Of a stretch of DNA of 64,000 bases, positions 24,170 through 36,559 are shown one piece after another. Positions within the stretch are counted from its first letter, which is position 1; each line of letters starts with the position of its first letter. The stretch comes from Takakia lepidozioides. Its lineage: Eukaryota > Plantae > Bryophyta. The stretch spans positions 6,696,001 through 6,760,000 of the forward strand of contig CM060734.1 of the NCBI GenBank assembly GCA_030704615.1, given 5' to 3'. Under the pieces are notes generated by a model. The model saw nothing but the letters and a program-made list of their open reading frames with translations, made no database searches and was not told the DNA's origin. The position numbers and the translations under genes were made by a program.

Positions 24170-25030
24170 CCGGATTTTATAGTCTGTACCGACTATTACG
24201 GTAAAAGTATCAGTGAGCGGATGTATATCCGCTCACATGAGCTAAAGATTACTTTCATAGTGCTCCGCTAACATGAAGCTCAGCACACATGAGCAGAACA
24301 TTGTTTGTGTATTCTGCACCGACTATAGCATTGCAGATGCCGGAATCGGTTGGAATGGCAATATTTTATCTTATAGTCTGCACCGACTATAAAAAAAAGT
24401 ATGACACCTCCCGAAGAGAGCGTAACTTATGGTGTCACTTCGGCTACTGCCTTCCAGCTGAAAGGTGGACACCTTCATGATACACCAGACCGTGGTTTGA
24501 ACCCACAACCACATCCAACGTGGTATGTGCCCATTACCACTGGGCTACATGCTGGTTGTCGCACCGACTATAATATAAGGTTTCCACATTGCTCCTAAAT
24601 GTGTTCAAATTGGCTCCGATCACATGAGGTTCAGCTCACTCCACTAGTAGAACATTCATTGTGCAGTCTGCACTAACGATAGCGTACCAGATGGCACTAC
24701 TGTCGACTACTTATAATCTTCACCGACTATAACATTAGGTGTCCAAATTACTCCTCCAGACGCCCGACTCGGTTGGAATGGCAGTATTGTGGCTTATAGT
24801 CTGCATCGACTATAAGATACGGTCTCCAAAGTACTCCTAAATGTGTTGTTTGATATCGACTCCGCTTAGATGATGTGCAACTGACTTCAGCAGAACATTC
24901 CTTGTGTAGTCTGCACCTACTATAGCGTAGCACATGGGACTATTATGGACTGCTTATAGTCTGCACCGACTTTAAGATTAGGTTCAAGATGTTGAAGCAT
25001 TCGATGGCTATAGTTGGTACCGATTACTAC
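24170..25030. repeat. Intronic dispersed hairpin repeats ATAGTC-TGCACC-GACTAT (~9 degenerate copies)
   Basis: Visible at ~24178, 24372, 24796, 24955 and others. Confidence 0.75.
24484..24556 (-). other. tRNA-derived / SINE-head-like sequence
   Basis: Minus strand gTAGCCCAGTGGtaa (A box)...gtgGGTTCAAACCac (B box) at tRNA spacing; anticodon arm degenerate. Confidence 0.6.
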
Positions 25031-25819
25031 AGTTCATCGTTTCGATGGATCTCATCTTCAGACTTGGGCTTTTTCATTGGCCATGCATACCTTGTTTTGA
25101 TGCCGCTGGAGATGTGACTTGTAGGGACTGGATCTGGAGGACGATGCAGCAATGCCAAATGTCAACATGTCTGAGTCCGTGCATGCGAGCTGGCAGGCCG
25201 GGAGTGGTGTCTTGAAAGTGGACCTCTACACAACCAACAAAGACGACATGACAACGGCTATTCTGCAATCATCGTCCTACCACAATTATCTGAAGGGTGG
25301 TGCAAAGGGTTCCGGTCTCGACCGCCAACAATTACTAGCACGGGTGGTAGCGCGGTCTTCAGATCCTCTGAAGATGCCTGAGGCGGTAAGAAGTTTTGTG
25401 AAGGGCACTCCTCTCCATGGTAGAAATCCAGGGTTGGAGGGTGACCTTCTCACTCGGACAACAAAGCGGAAGATTGTTCTCGGAAACTTAGAAGACGATG
25501 AACACCTTCATTCATGGAGGTCTGACATGAACCTCCGCACCACACCGAGGCGTCGTGAAGGTGCCGGTGGACAAAGAGTGCCCACAACTATTGTTGACAT
25601 GTCTGTAGAGACCTTGGAGGATGACCTTCCACTACAGAATAGAAAGCCGGTTTTGGAGACCGCCGTGTCCATAGCATGCTGGCACATCGCTCGGACGTCC
25701 GACACTTCACGAGTAAAGTGCTGGGCAGTACAGTCTGACAGTCAACAGCCATGCAAAGAAAAAATCCGGCCACTGCACAGTTTGGGTGTTCCAGCTCCAA
25801 GATTTGGTCGCCCCATCCT

Positions 25820-27830
25820 CCGGCTTTGGCAAAACCAAAGATGATGGTAGAGGTTTTGTATTGGTATCCTAAGTTGCCTCGGACAAGCCATCTTAGTAAT
25901 GGTTCAAGGATGATAATGAAGAGATGGGGGCTCAACGTGTCCCCTTGGAGCCATAGTAGGAACCAGAATATTCTGTGGTGCTGTTGGTGTAGATGTTACC
26001 GATGAGTTGGATGGCGTCGTGGGGTAACCTAGATCTGACATGATGGCCAATAATCTAGGGTGGTCCAGAGACCCGAAGGCGTTTTTGAAGTCGATATAGA
26101 GGAGGTATATGTCTTGTTTGGTAAGCTTGTCTTGTTCTCCGTAATTAGACAGCATCCTTGTTAGGGTACTGGTGAATAATTTATAGATAGTGTTGGCGAG
26201 GGCTATTGGTCTGTAATTACTTAGATCTGTTGGGTCATCTTTTTTGAATAATAGAATGGTTCGGCTATGTTTCCAGGAGAGATGGCGTTGGGGATTAGAT
26301 CCGGGCCCGGGGCTTTTGATTTAGAAAGAGCTTTTAGGCATGAGTTGAATAGGTCCTGGGTACAGAAGTTAATGATGTGGTCTTCGGGTCGGCCTTGCTT
26401 TTCAAGTGAGAAGCCATCAAGATCGTGCCATGGGTAGTGTTTTACTTTACATAAACAGTTGTGTTGGTGTAGGTTAGGGTGCAAGCAGTTATTGACCGTG
26501 GGTGTATATGAGTCAGAAGCTTGTAGCCAGATTTCATGTCTAATATCCTCAGGGTGGGTTAAAATATGGCCAAGTCTGTGTTTAATGCAGTCGATAGGTG
26601 GGTTGATTGCGGGGTTGAAGATGGCTTTGTGAGATCTTTTGGGGTGGTCGTGTAGTAGCTTTCCAAAGGAAGTGACGAATTTTTTGTGATTTTCGGTGGC
26701 TTTATGCTTTGTGATGGCATATGCAGCTTTTTTGGCATCTCTTCCAGTCTTGGAGAGAGAGGCGATCCACTGGGGGAGAGCAAGCGGGTCTGTGGGGGGA
26801 GGCATTAATGGTTGGCATATTGGTAGGGTGTTCAAGGCAGTAATATGTGGGTCGTCTTGCCAATTGTTATATGAGGGGGTTGGGCGAGTAGGAGTGATGG
26901 AGAGGGCGCGTCTAATGGAGTGATAGATGTTGAGGTGTAGAGTCCATTCGTGTTTTTGGGTGCAGGTGAGATAGCCTCCATTTTGTGTGGATTGAGTAGT
27001 TTGTGGGAGGTCAGGGGGAAAGGAGCACGTAGCCAGAACGCTTTTTGTCATTTCTTGCATAGTGGCTGCAAGTAGGTTTTCAGTTATGGCCCAGGCTTCG
27101 GTTGGGGGGAGGTTGGTGTCTAACAGTATTGGGGATATTTTGTGTACGAAGTTAGAGGAGGCAGGTTGGAAGTGTTTTTGGAAGGCTATGATATTGCACT
27201 GTGGTATAGGTGAGAGGATCCGCGGCTGTGGGGGCGGGGTGAGTATATCCGGAAGGGGTCGGAAAGGGACGAGGGACGGAGATGGATACAGGGTAGTGGT
27301 CGGAGTTGCATAGGCTATGGATATGCACGTGACTAAGGAGGTAGGATGGAATTGTGTTGTTTGTTTTGAGGTAGAAGCCGTCTAATAGACTTAGGGATGA
27401 ATAGTTGAGGCCGCCCTGCCTGGAATAATGGTGGTCAGCTGGGATATATTTGAATTGTAGGTTTTGGGTGAATCTGGCCCATTCATGGCCAGTTGAGGAT
27501 GGGGATACGTGAGCGCCATTAGATGATTTTGCACTCCCACCCTGTATCCGAACAGTGCTTTGTAAAGGTCACGATCCCACTCATTATTACCTTGTATAGT
27601 GCCCGGTCATATCTCTGTTGAAGTCTCCTGCGAGGATGACATGGTATTGCTGATAGTCCATATGGGTGATTGTATTGGTTATAGTATGTAGTATGTCTGG
27701 TATAAGGGAAAGGTCATCCGTATGGGAAGACACGTACAGATGTATGAGGAGGATCGGGCATAAGGATGGGGGGTGTAGTTGTATGATTTGAAGGTGAGAT
27801 CGGAGAGGGAGAGGTATGGTGAGTTTGTTA
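25820..27830 (-). mobile_element. Non-LTR retrotransposon (LINE) ORF2 fragment: AP endonuclease plus RT
   Basis: HVILAGDFNRD (endonuclease), KAPGPDLIPN, NYRPIALAN, YIDFKNAFGS, SPHLFIIILEPL; several deletions. Confidence 0.9.
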
Positions 27831-28730
27831 CGGCACTTCGCTCTCTCATAGCCGTCATAACCAATAAGCTTTTTAAGGTGTGGCCCCATGGCGTCGCCAC
27901 GCGCGGCGTTGATTGAATCTTGGACCTTGACCACAGTGGACTTTTGACTAAGGGTTCCGACTTCCCCACCGTGTGCACGTCGGGAATACAGCCGCGTGGC
28001 TCGGTGTGAAAACTCCACGTGGAGGCAGGACACGCGCCGTAGCCGCGTTCACGCTGCTGAATAGTTACAATCTCGTACTACACGAGCACTAACCACTAGT
28101 TCAAAAATAACTAGCAAGTCGTTTCAACGACTGCACGGTCAGACTGCGAAGTTGTGAACTACGTCTCGGAGTGCTGGACTCGTAGTAGCGACCGCATGTA
28201 GCGGTTACCTTCAAGGACACGCGTGGCTTCTCGGGTCTCGCCACGTGCAGGCCTGAGGTCACAGCACGTGGCGTAATGAGTTGTCTGTTGGTTGCCTTCA
28301 CGACTTGCAAGTGGAGTCGACAACTGGAGTGTTGAAGTGACAGATGCAACTGGAGGTTTGAAATGCACTACCTCACTAGTGACTACATCGACTGTAGGTT
28401 GGGAACCAAGCACTCCTGCTAGTTGCACTAACTTGGGGGCTGCGACTTGTAGTTCATACATGTGCAATATTTTTTCTACTGTGTCTGAATAGCAACACGG
28501 ATGCTACGATCGATCTACTACGGCATTGCAACCAACACAATCCCTGCACACTGGGGATGATCATGTCATTGCCTATGTGATTCAGACTTCAGAACATACA
28601 GACCATGCCATCAATGCACGAAATCAAATGAACTGCATGAAGAAGAGCACGTGACAATGTATTAAGATAACACCTCAAACCTGCCCCATACAGTGCACAA
28701 GTCCATGAGTCCGTAACGACCAAGATTGGA

Positions 28731-30210
28731 ACCTGTTTCTGGATACTTTACTGTTGTCACTTTGGTAGTATCATGTCAAAGTCACTCCAAACTATCAAAG
28801 GTTCACTCAACCAACTAACTTGCAGAATTCAGCATGAAAATTAAGGGCCGATTCTGATAAGAGGGGAAAACATGGTGAAGTGTGTTGAAGAAGGTGCCTT
28901 GATTAGCAGTGACTGATTTTATGAATTGTGCCGTTGCTGCTGTGGCTTCCAGTTGACCATGTACCCATGCAGGTTTCCCTTCCACAAAGAATCATAGGTA
29001 ATCTGGAGCTTGAAATCCGGCCCTCTTGGATGAATCTGGACCCACACTCTATCCCTGCTCCTTCAGCTATCCATGCGTCTGCACAAATCATGCATCCATC
29101 CTTGCACTTGTTGCTAGCAGATGACAATGACAGCATAGAGTTGTTCTAGGAAACACCCAACTTAGCTTATCACTCTTAGTTCCTATGCTGAATTGTGTCG
29201 GCTACTCTCTATAATCTAACAGGCATTCACCTTTTGGTCTCGATTGTCCTACCGTTGACTGGGGTCAGAAACGTGTTCATTCCCCAGCTTCTCCTCATCT
29301 CTGTTACCTGTTTTCCGATACTTTCTTGGTGTCACATTGGCAGTATCATATCAAAGTCACTCCAAACTAGATTCACTCAACCAGCTAACTTGAAGAATTC
29401 AACATGGAAATTTAGGGCCGGTTCGGATAAGAGGGAAAAACAGGGTGAAATGTGTTGAAGAAGGTGTCTTCATTAGCAGTGCCTGATTTTATCCGGAGGT
29501 TGAAATCCGGCCCTCTTGGATGAATCTGGACCCACACTCTATCCCTGCTCCTTCAACCATCCATGCCTCTGCACAAATCATGCATACATCCTTGCCTTGC
29601 TGCTAGCAGCTGACAATGATAGCCTACATTTGTTCTAGGAAACACCCAACTCAGCTTATCACACTCATTCCTATGCTGAATTGCGTCTGCTACTCTCTGT
29701 AATTATACAGGCATTTACCTTTTTGCCTTGGTTGTCCCATCATTGACTGGGGTCAGAAAAGTACTCATTCCACATCTTCTCATCATCTCTGTTACCTGTT
29801 TCTGGATACTTTACTGTTGTCACTTTGGCAATATCATGTCAAAGTCACTCCAAACTATCAAAGGTTCACTCAACCAGCTAACTTGCAGAATTCAACATGG
29901 AAGAAGAAGGATTCTGATAAGAGGAAAAAACAGGGTGAAATGTGTTGAAGAAGGTGCCCTCATTAGCAGTGTCTGATATATCAATTGTGGCGCCGCTGCT
30001 GCTGTGGCTTCCAGTTGACCATCTACCCATGCAGGTTTCTTGTAGCTATCCTTCCACAGGGAGTCATAGGTGATCTGAAGCTTGAAATCCGGCCTTCTTG
30101 GATGAATCAAAACCCACACTCCATCCCTGCTCCTTCAGCTATCCATGCCTCTGCACAAATCATGCATACATCCTTGCCTTGTTGCTAGCAACTGACAATG
30201 ACAGCCTAGA
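28731..30210. repeat. Three diverged tandem units of ~0.45-0.58 kb
   Basis: acctgttt..gatacttt..gtcac..caaagtcactccaaacta recurs at ~28731, 29306, 29794; cccacactc.atccctgctccttca recurs at ~29041, 29531, 30113. Confidence 0.85.
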
Positions 30211-30357
30211 ATTCATGCAGCAAACACGACACCACATCTCGTTCAGCCATACCACCCAAACCCAGAATTAGGACAGCACTCTGATTCCATCCACTGTCAC
30301 CAAAGTCAGTCCAATATTACCCTTTCAGTCAAGTGCAATTATGGGCTGACTTCCCAC

Positions 30358-33300
30358 CTACGCTGGGTAGACCCCACTATCATTTCCCGGAGATATGCCA
30401 AAACCAATGGCCAGCTTCTCACTGTGGTGGCAAAGAGAAAATTCCTTTTCCTCCTCCCCCACATCATGCAATACAAAGCGCCTGTCAGGAACATACCCCA
30501 CCTCCTTCATCTTCCCAGCCAATCTTCTCAACTCAGCATGGATTTCCTTAATTCTGGGATGCAACTTGTCATCTACAACAAAGCTGTGCACCCTGTTGCC
30601 AACCTCAATGCAGCAGCGACCTGGCTCATTTCTAACCCCTTTGACCTTCATCATTCTTCTCACCTTTGCAGTATCATCCCACCTGCCAGCTGCAGCATAG
30701 ATGTTTGAGAGCAACACATAAGTCGCGGCATCATGTTCAGCCCACATGAGGATAGATGTTGCTGCACGTTCAGCCATCTCCACATTGCCATGGATTCTGC
30801 AGGCACCAAGCAAGGCCTTCCACACCACAGCACCTGGATTTATGGGCATTTTATTAATCATGTCCACTGCCTCATCCGGTTGTCCCTCACGTCCAAGAAG
30901 GTCCACCATGCAGCCAAAGTGCTTTACTGTCGGAGTGACACCATGATCTTGACTCAGGGAATCAAAGTAGCGTCTTCCTTCATTCAGTAGGCCAGCGTGG
31001 CTGCTTGCAGAGAGAACACATATAAAGGTGATATTGCTCGGCTTCAAGCCGTTTTTTTGCATTCCTTCAAATAGTTGCACGACCTCCCTATGACAACCAT
31101 GCTATGCATATCCTGCTATCATCGCACTCCATGACACCACATCTCGTTCAGCCATATTGTCGAACACTCCCTTTGCATCCTCCATGCACCCACATTTGGC
31201 ATACATGTCCACCAGGGCAGTGTTCAGGATCACATTTGGTACAATTCCAGCTCTGACGATGTCGCCATGCACCTCTTCGCCCTTTTCCAGGGCTGCCAGG
31301 CTTGCACACGCACTGCAAACGCACACAAACATGATGTGGTCGGGCTTCACCCCGTCGCACATCATTTGCTCATACGTCTCCAAAGCCTCCATCCCATGTC
31401 CCTGCTGTGCATACCCTGCAAGCATCGCACTCCACGACACCACATCTCGTTCAGCCATAGTGTTGAACACTCCCTTTGCATCCTCGATGCACCCACATTT
31501 TTGCAAACATGTCCACCAGGGTCTTGTTCAGAATGACATCTGGTACAATTCCAGCTCTGAAGATGTCGCCATGCACCTCTTTCCCCTTTTCCAGAGCTGC
31601 CAAGGCAGTGTTCAGATTGACATTTGGTACAACTCCAGCTTTGATGATATCCCCATGCACCTCTTTGCCCTTCTCCAGGGCTGCCAGGCTTGCACAAGCA
31701 TTACAAATGCACACAAACATGATGTGCTTCCCCCATCATTTGCTCATAGGTCTCCAAAGCCTCCATCCCACGTCCCTGCTGTGCATACCCTGCAAGCATC
31801 GCACTCCACAACACGACATCTGGTTCAGCTGTAGTGTCGAACACTCCCTTTGCATCCTAGATGCACCCACATTTTGCAAACATGTCCACCAGGGTATCGT
31901 TCAGAATGACATCTGGTACAATTCCAGCTCTGAAGATGTCGCCATGGACCTCTTTCCCCTTTTCTAGAGCTGCCAGGGCAGTGTTTAGAATGACATTTGG
32001 TACAATTCCAGCTTTGACGATATCCCCATGCACCTCTTTGCCCTTCTCTAGGGCTGCCAAGCTTGCACGACGCCACATCCTGTTCAGCCATAGTGTTGAA
32101 CACTCCCTTTGCACCTAGATGCACCCACATTTTGCAAACATGTCCACTAGGGTGTTGTTCCAAATGACATCTGGTACAATTCCAGCTCTGAAGATGTTGC
32201 CATGCACCTCTTTCCCCTTTTCCAGAGCTGCCAGGGCAGTGTTTAGAATGACATTTGGTACAATTCCAGCTTTGATGATATCCCCATGCACCGCTTTGCC
32301 CTTCTCCAGGGCTGCCAGGCTTGCACAAGCATTGCAAATGCACACAACCATGATGTGCTTCCCCCATCATTCGCTCATAGGTCTCCAAAGCCTCCATCCC
32401 ACGTCCCTGCTGTGCATACCCTGCAAGCATCGCACTCCACGACAACACATCTCGTTCAGCCGTAGTGTCGAACACTCCCTTTGCATCCTAGATGCACCCA
32501 CATTTTGCAAACATGTCCACCAAGGTATTGTTCAGAATGACATCTAGTACAATTCCAGCTCTGAAGATGTCACCATGGACCTCTTTCCCCTTTTCCAGAG
32601 CTGCCAGGGTAGTGTTTAGAATGACATTTGGTACAATTCCAGCTTTGACAATATCCCCATGCACCTCTTTGCCCACATTTTGCAAACATGTCCACTAGGG
32701 TATTGTTCCGAATGACATCTGCTACAATTCCAGCTCTGAAGATGTTGCCATGCACCTCTTTCCCCTTTTCCAGAGCTGCCAAGGCAGTGTTTAGAATGAC
32801 ATTTGGTACAACTCCAGCTTTGATGATATCCCCATGCACCTCTTTGCCCTTCTCCAGGGCTGCCAGGCTTGCACAAGCATTGCAAATGCACACAACATGA
32901 TGTGCTTCCACCATCATTCGCTCATAGGTCTCGAAAGCCTCTATCCACGTCCCTGCTGTGCATACCCTGCAAGCATCGCACTCCACGACACCACATCTGG
33001 TTCAGCCATAGTGTCAAACACTCCCTTTGCATCCCAAATGCACCCACATTTTGCAAACATGTCCACCAGGGTATTGTTCAGAATGACATCTGGTACAATT
33101 CCAGCTCTGAAGATGTCGCCATGGACCTCTTTCCCCTTTTCTAGAGCTGCCAGGGCAGTGTTTAGAATGACATTTGGTACAATTCCAGCTTTGACGATAT
33201 CCCCATGCACCTCTTTGCCCTTCTCTAGGGCTGCCAGGCTTGCACGACGCCACATCCTGTTCAGCCATAGTGTCGAACACTCCCTTTGCATCCTAGATGC

Positions 33301-35274
33301 ACCCACATTTTGCAAACATGTCCACTAGGGTATTGTTCCAAATGACATTTGTTACAATTCCAGCTCTGAAGATGTCGCCATGGAGATGCACCCACATTTT
33401 GCAAACATGTCCACCAGGGTATTGTTCAGAATGACAGCTCGTACAATTCCAGCTCTGAAGATGTCGCCATGGACCTCTTTTCATTTTTCTAGAGCTGCCA
33501 GGGCAGTGTTTAGAATGACATTTGGTACAATTCCAGCTTTGACGATATCCCCATGCATCTCTTTGCCCTTCTCTAGGGCTGCCAAGCTTGCCCGTCGCCA
33601 CATCTTGTTCAGCCATATTGTTGAACACTCCCTTTGCATCCTAGATGCACCCACATTTTGCAAACATGTCCACCAGGGTATTGTTCAGAATGAAATCTGG
33701 TACAATTCCAGCTCTGAGATGTCGCCATGGACCTCTTTGCCCTTTTCCAGAGCTGCCAGTGTTCCGAATGACATTTGGCACACAAACATGATGTGCTTCC
33801 CCCATCATTTGCTTATAGGTCTCCAAAGCCTCCATCCCACGTCCCTGCTGTGCATACCCTGCAAGCATCGCACTCCACGACACCACATCTCGTAGGTCTC
33901 CAAAGCCTCCTTCCCACGTCCTTGTTGTGCATACCCTGCAAGCATCGCACTCCACGACACCACATCTCGTTCAGCCATAGTGTCGAACACTCCCCTTGCA
34001 TCCTCGTTGCACCTACATTTTGCATACATGTCCACTAGGGCAGTGTTTAGAATGGCATTTGGTACAATTCCAGCTCTGACGATGTCGCCATGGACATCTG
34101 GTACAGCTTTGAAGATGTCACCATGGACCTCTTTTTCCCCTTTTCCAGGGCTCCCAGGCTTGCACACGCATTGCAAACACAAACAATCGTGATGTGGTTT
34201 GGCTTCACCCCTTCGTGCATCATTCGCTCATCCAAAGCATCGTACCACATACATATCTGAATCTGCTGAGATGCTCCTTGGTTTAAAGTCTGTAGAGCCT
34301 CTTTCAGTCTGCCTACCTCACAAAGCATCTTCACATGCCCAGAAGAGCCAGAAGAGACATTATGGACTCGCTCTCTTTATCCTCTTTCAGAAGCCAACGA
34401 GCTAACTTACAGAATTCAGTATGCATCTCAGGGCCGAGCCTCCATCCCGCGCCCAAGCTGTGCATATCCTGCGATCGTGGCGTTACAAGACACCACCTCT
34501 CCTTCAGTCATATTGTCGAACACTCCCTTTGCATCCTCGATGCACCCACAATTGGCATACATGTCCACGAGGGTATTGTTCAGAACAATATCTGGTTCAA
34601 TTCCCGCTTTGATGATGTCACCATGGACCTCTCTGCCCTTTTCCAGGGCTGCTAGGCTTGCACACGCATTGCAGACACAAATAAAGGTGATGTGATTGGG
34701 CTTCACCCCTTCCCACCATTTTCTCATAGGTCTCCAAAGCCTCTATCCCGCACCCATGCTGTGCATATCCTGCAATCATTGCACTCCAAGACACCACATT
34801 TCGTTCAGCCATTAGGTCGAACACTCCCTTTGCATCCTCAATGCACCCACATTTAGCATACATGTCCACCAGGGTACTATTCAGAATGACATCTGGTAAA
34901 ATTCCAGCTTTGACAATGTCCCCATGGACTTCCTTGCCCTTATCCAGTGATGTCAGGCTCGCACACACCTTGCAAACCGAACCTGGGGTGATCTGGTCAG
35001 GCTTCACCTCTTCCCTCATCATTTTCTCATAGGTCTCCAAAGCCTCCATCCCGCGCCCCTGCTGTGCATAAGCTGTGATCATCGCAGTCCAAGACACCAC
35101 ATCTCGTTCGGCCGTATTTTCCAACACTCCCTTTGCATCCTCGATGCTCCCACATTTTGCATACATGTTCATCACAACATCTGGTACGATTCCAGCTTCG
35201 ATAATGTCAGCATGGACCTCTTTGCCCTTTTGCAGGGCTGCCAGGATCACACACGCATTGCAAACACAGTACAT
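30358..35274 (-). pseudogene. PLS-class PPR (E/E+/truncated DYW) pseudogene array
   Basis: Repeated LVDMYAKCG..EDAKGVFD.MAERDVVSWSAMIAGYAQ; E domain CMVDLLGR..WKALLGACRIHG; E+/DYW start GYVPD..HDV..HHSEKLAIGFG; many frameshifts, stops and partial-motif duplications. Confidence 0.95.
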
Positions 35275-36096
35275 GAAGGAAGGGAAGAATAAGGAGATGG
35301 AGGTCGCGTTCGCCGAGCAGGAGTGACTTGAAAATCTCGCTTAAGTCCTCGGCCCCCTCACTCCAACTTACGGAGCTCACAATCCGAGCTCCCTATCAAT
35401 TGTCCCGCTCGCAATTCGACGCATGTCATTGTAATTTCAAAATAGTGCCATATGGGTTACAATTGAAAAAAATGTCCCCTGGGGTCCAACCCACAGTCGT
35501 CAACACGATTGCAAATTTCATTAATATAAAAAATATGTTTTTCCGATTTTTGGAAATCAGCCTATAAATCGGCGTGAAACCCGGAGTTCATTTCTACGAC
35601 TTGTATATTCCATCCTTTATGCCAGCGTGGCATAAAAACGACTGTGACGACTGGTGAGTCGTCATTCACAACATGGAGTCCCACGCACAGTCGTTTCGAA
35701 CAGAATCGCAGCCGCGAGTCGGGTGCAAAAAGCACCTATTCCTTGTACAGTCCTGTAGAGGCGTGCTCTCCTATTATTTCCAACAGTCCAGAATTAACAC
35801 AAAAGCGATTGAAACTCTCACAACTTTCCGTTTCTGTTAAGAGGCATTTTGAACTCGATGCTCTTTTGTTGATTGATATGGAGAGAGAGAAACATTGGAC
35901 AATTCACATCACATATTCTCCAGCGTGGGCCAAAAAAGACCAGTGCATAAAATACTATCAAACTTAGGATGCACATCACACAAAAATGAGGGAACGATGG
36001 GTATTTTTGTTGATCGATCACGGCGTTTCACAGTAAGCATGTCTACAACACATGTCGTCCATACAAATCTAAACCCTTATGCCCCATGAATGGAGG

Positions 36097-36558
36097 TCAC
36101 CAGGTAGACGGAACTTTGATATGCCTGAAGACGAGGTCATGAGTGACGCGGCTCCTCCAAGTAAACTGCATTGCGGTCGTGCTAGTGCCTTGTGGAGCTG
36201 ACGACAATGTCATGCCCATCGATGCTAACATGGAGATTGTCACTGTGGGCCTTATGTGCCTCTGCGATTCGTCCTCAAAACGAAGGCAAATATCCCCATA
36301 CAGTGGGTATTCGGAGCGGACTCGTCTCCCCGACGCAGTCCTCCCAAGTCCACTGGCAGCAGTTCTAGCGCCAAAGCATGGCAGTGCGTGATCTGTCCGG
36401 CCGCCCACCGTAGCTTGGTATGTCGAGGTCAACGATGCGCAAGGCCCACGGAGTCGATAGACCTCAGCCCGCTTGAAACTGTAATAGTCCACCAAATACT
36501 CCATTGCGCTCAATGATTCCCGCTTCACTCCAGAAGCGTCAGTGAAAACTGACATTTT
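36097..36558 (-). pseudogene. Third, 5'-truncated and frameshifted member of the 188-aa family
   Basis: VFTD..KRESLSAMEYLVDYYSF; YGDICLRFEDESQRHIRPTVT; QFTWRSRV..IKVPSTW*. Confidence 0.85.
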
Positions 36559-36559
36559 G

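Larger units (their letters stand above)
22400..25820 (+). pseudogene. Mutator/MULE-like DDE transposase with N-terminal GCM/WRKY-like Zn domain, copy A
   Basis: CAHC..AKMFYV..HVGIHSHP; WIMFD; FMADNANANWAVVRQVYG..CGFH(W)GQS (MULE D..CxxH); after a ~1-kb intron, PNVNMSESVHASW (catalytic E region). Confidence 0.78.

Noticed and set aside
24484-24556. Functional tRNA gene
   Set aside because: A and B boxes are present, but the anticodon and acceptor stems do not pair convincingly; kept only as tRNA-derived.
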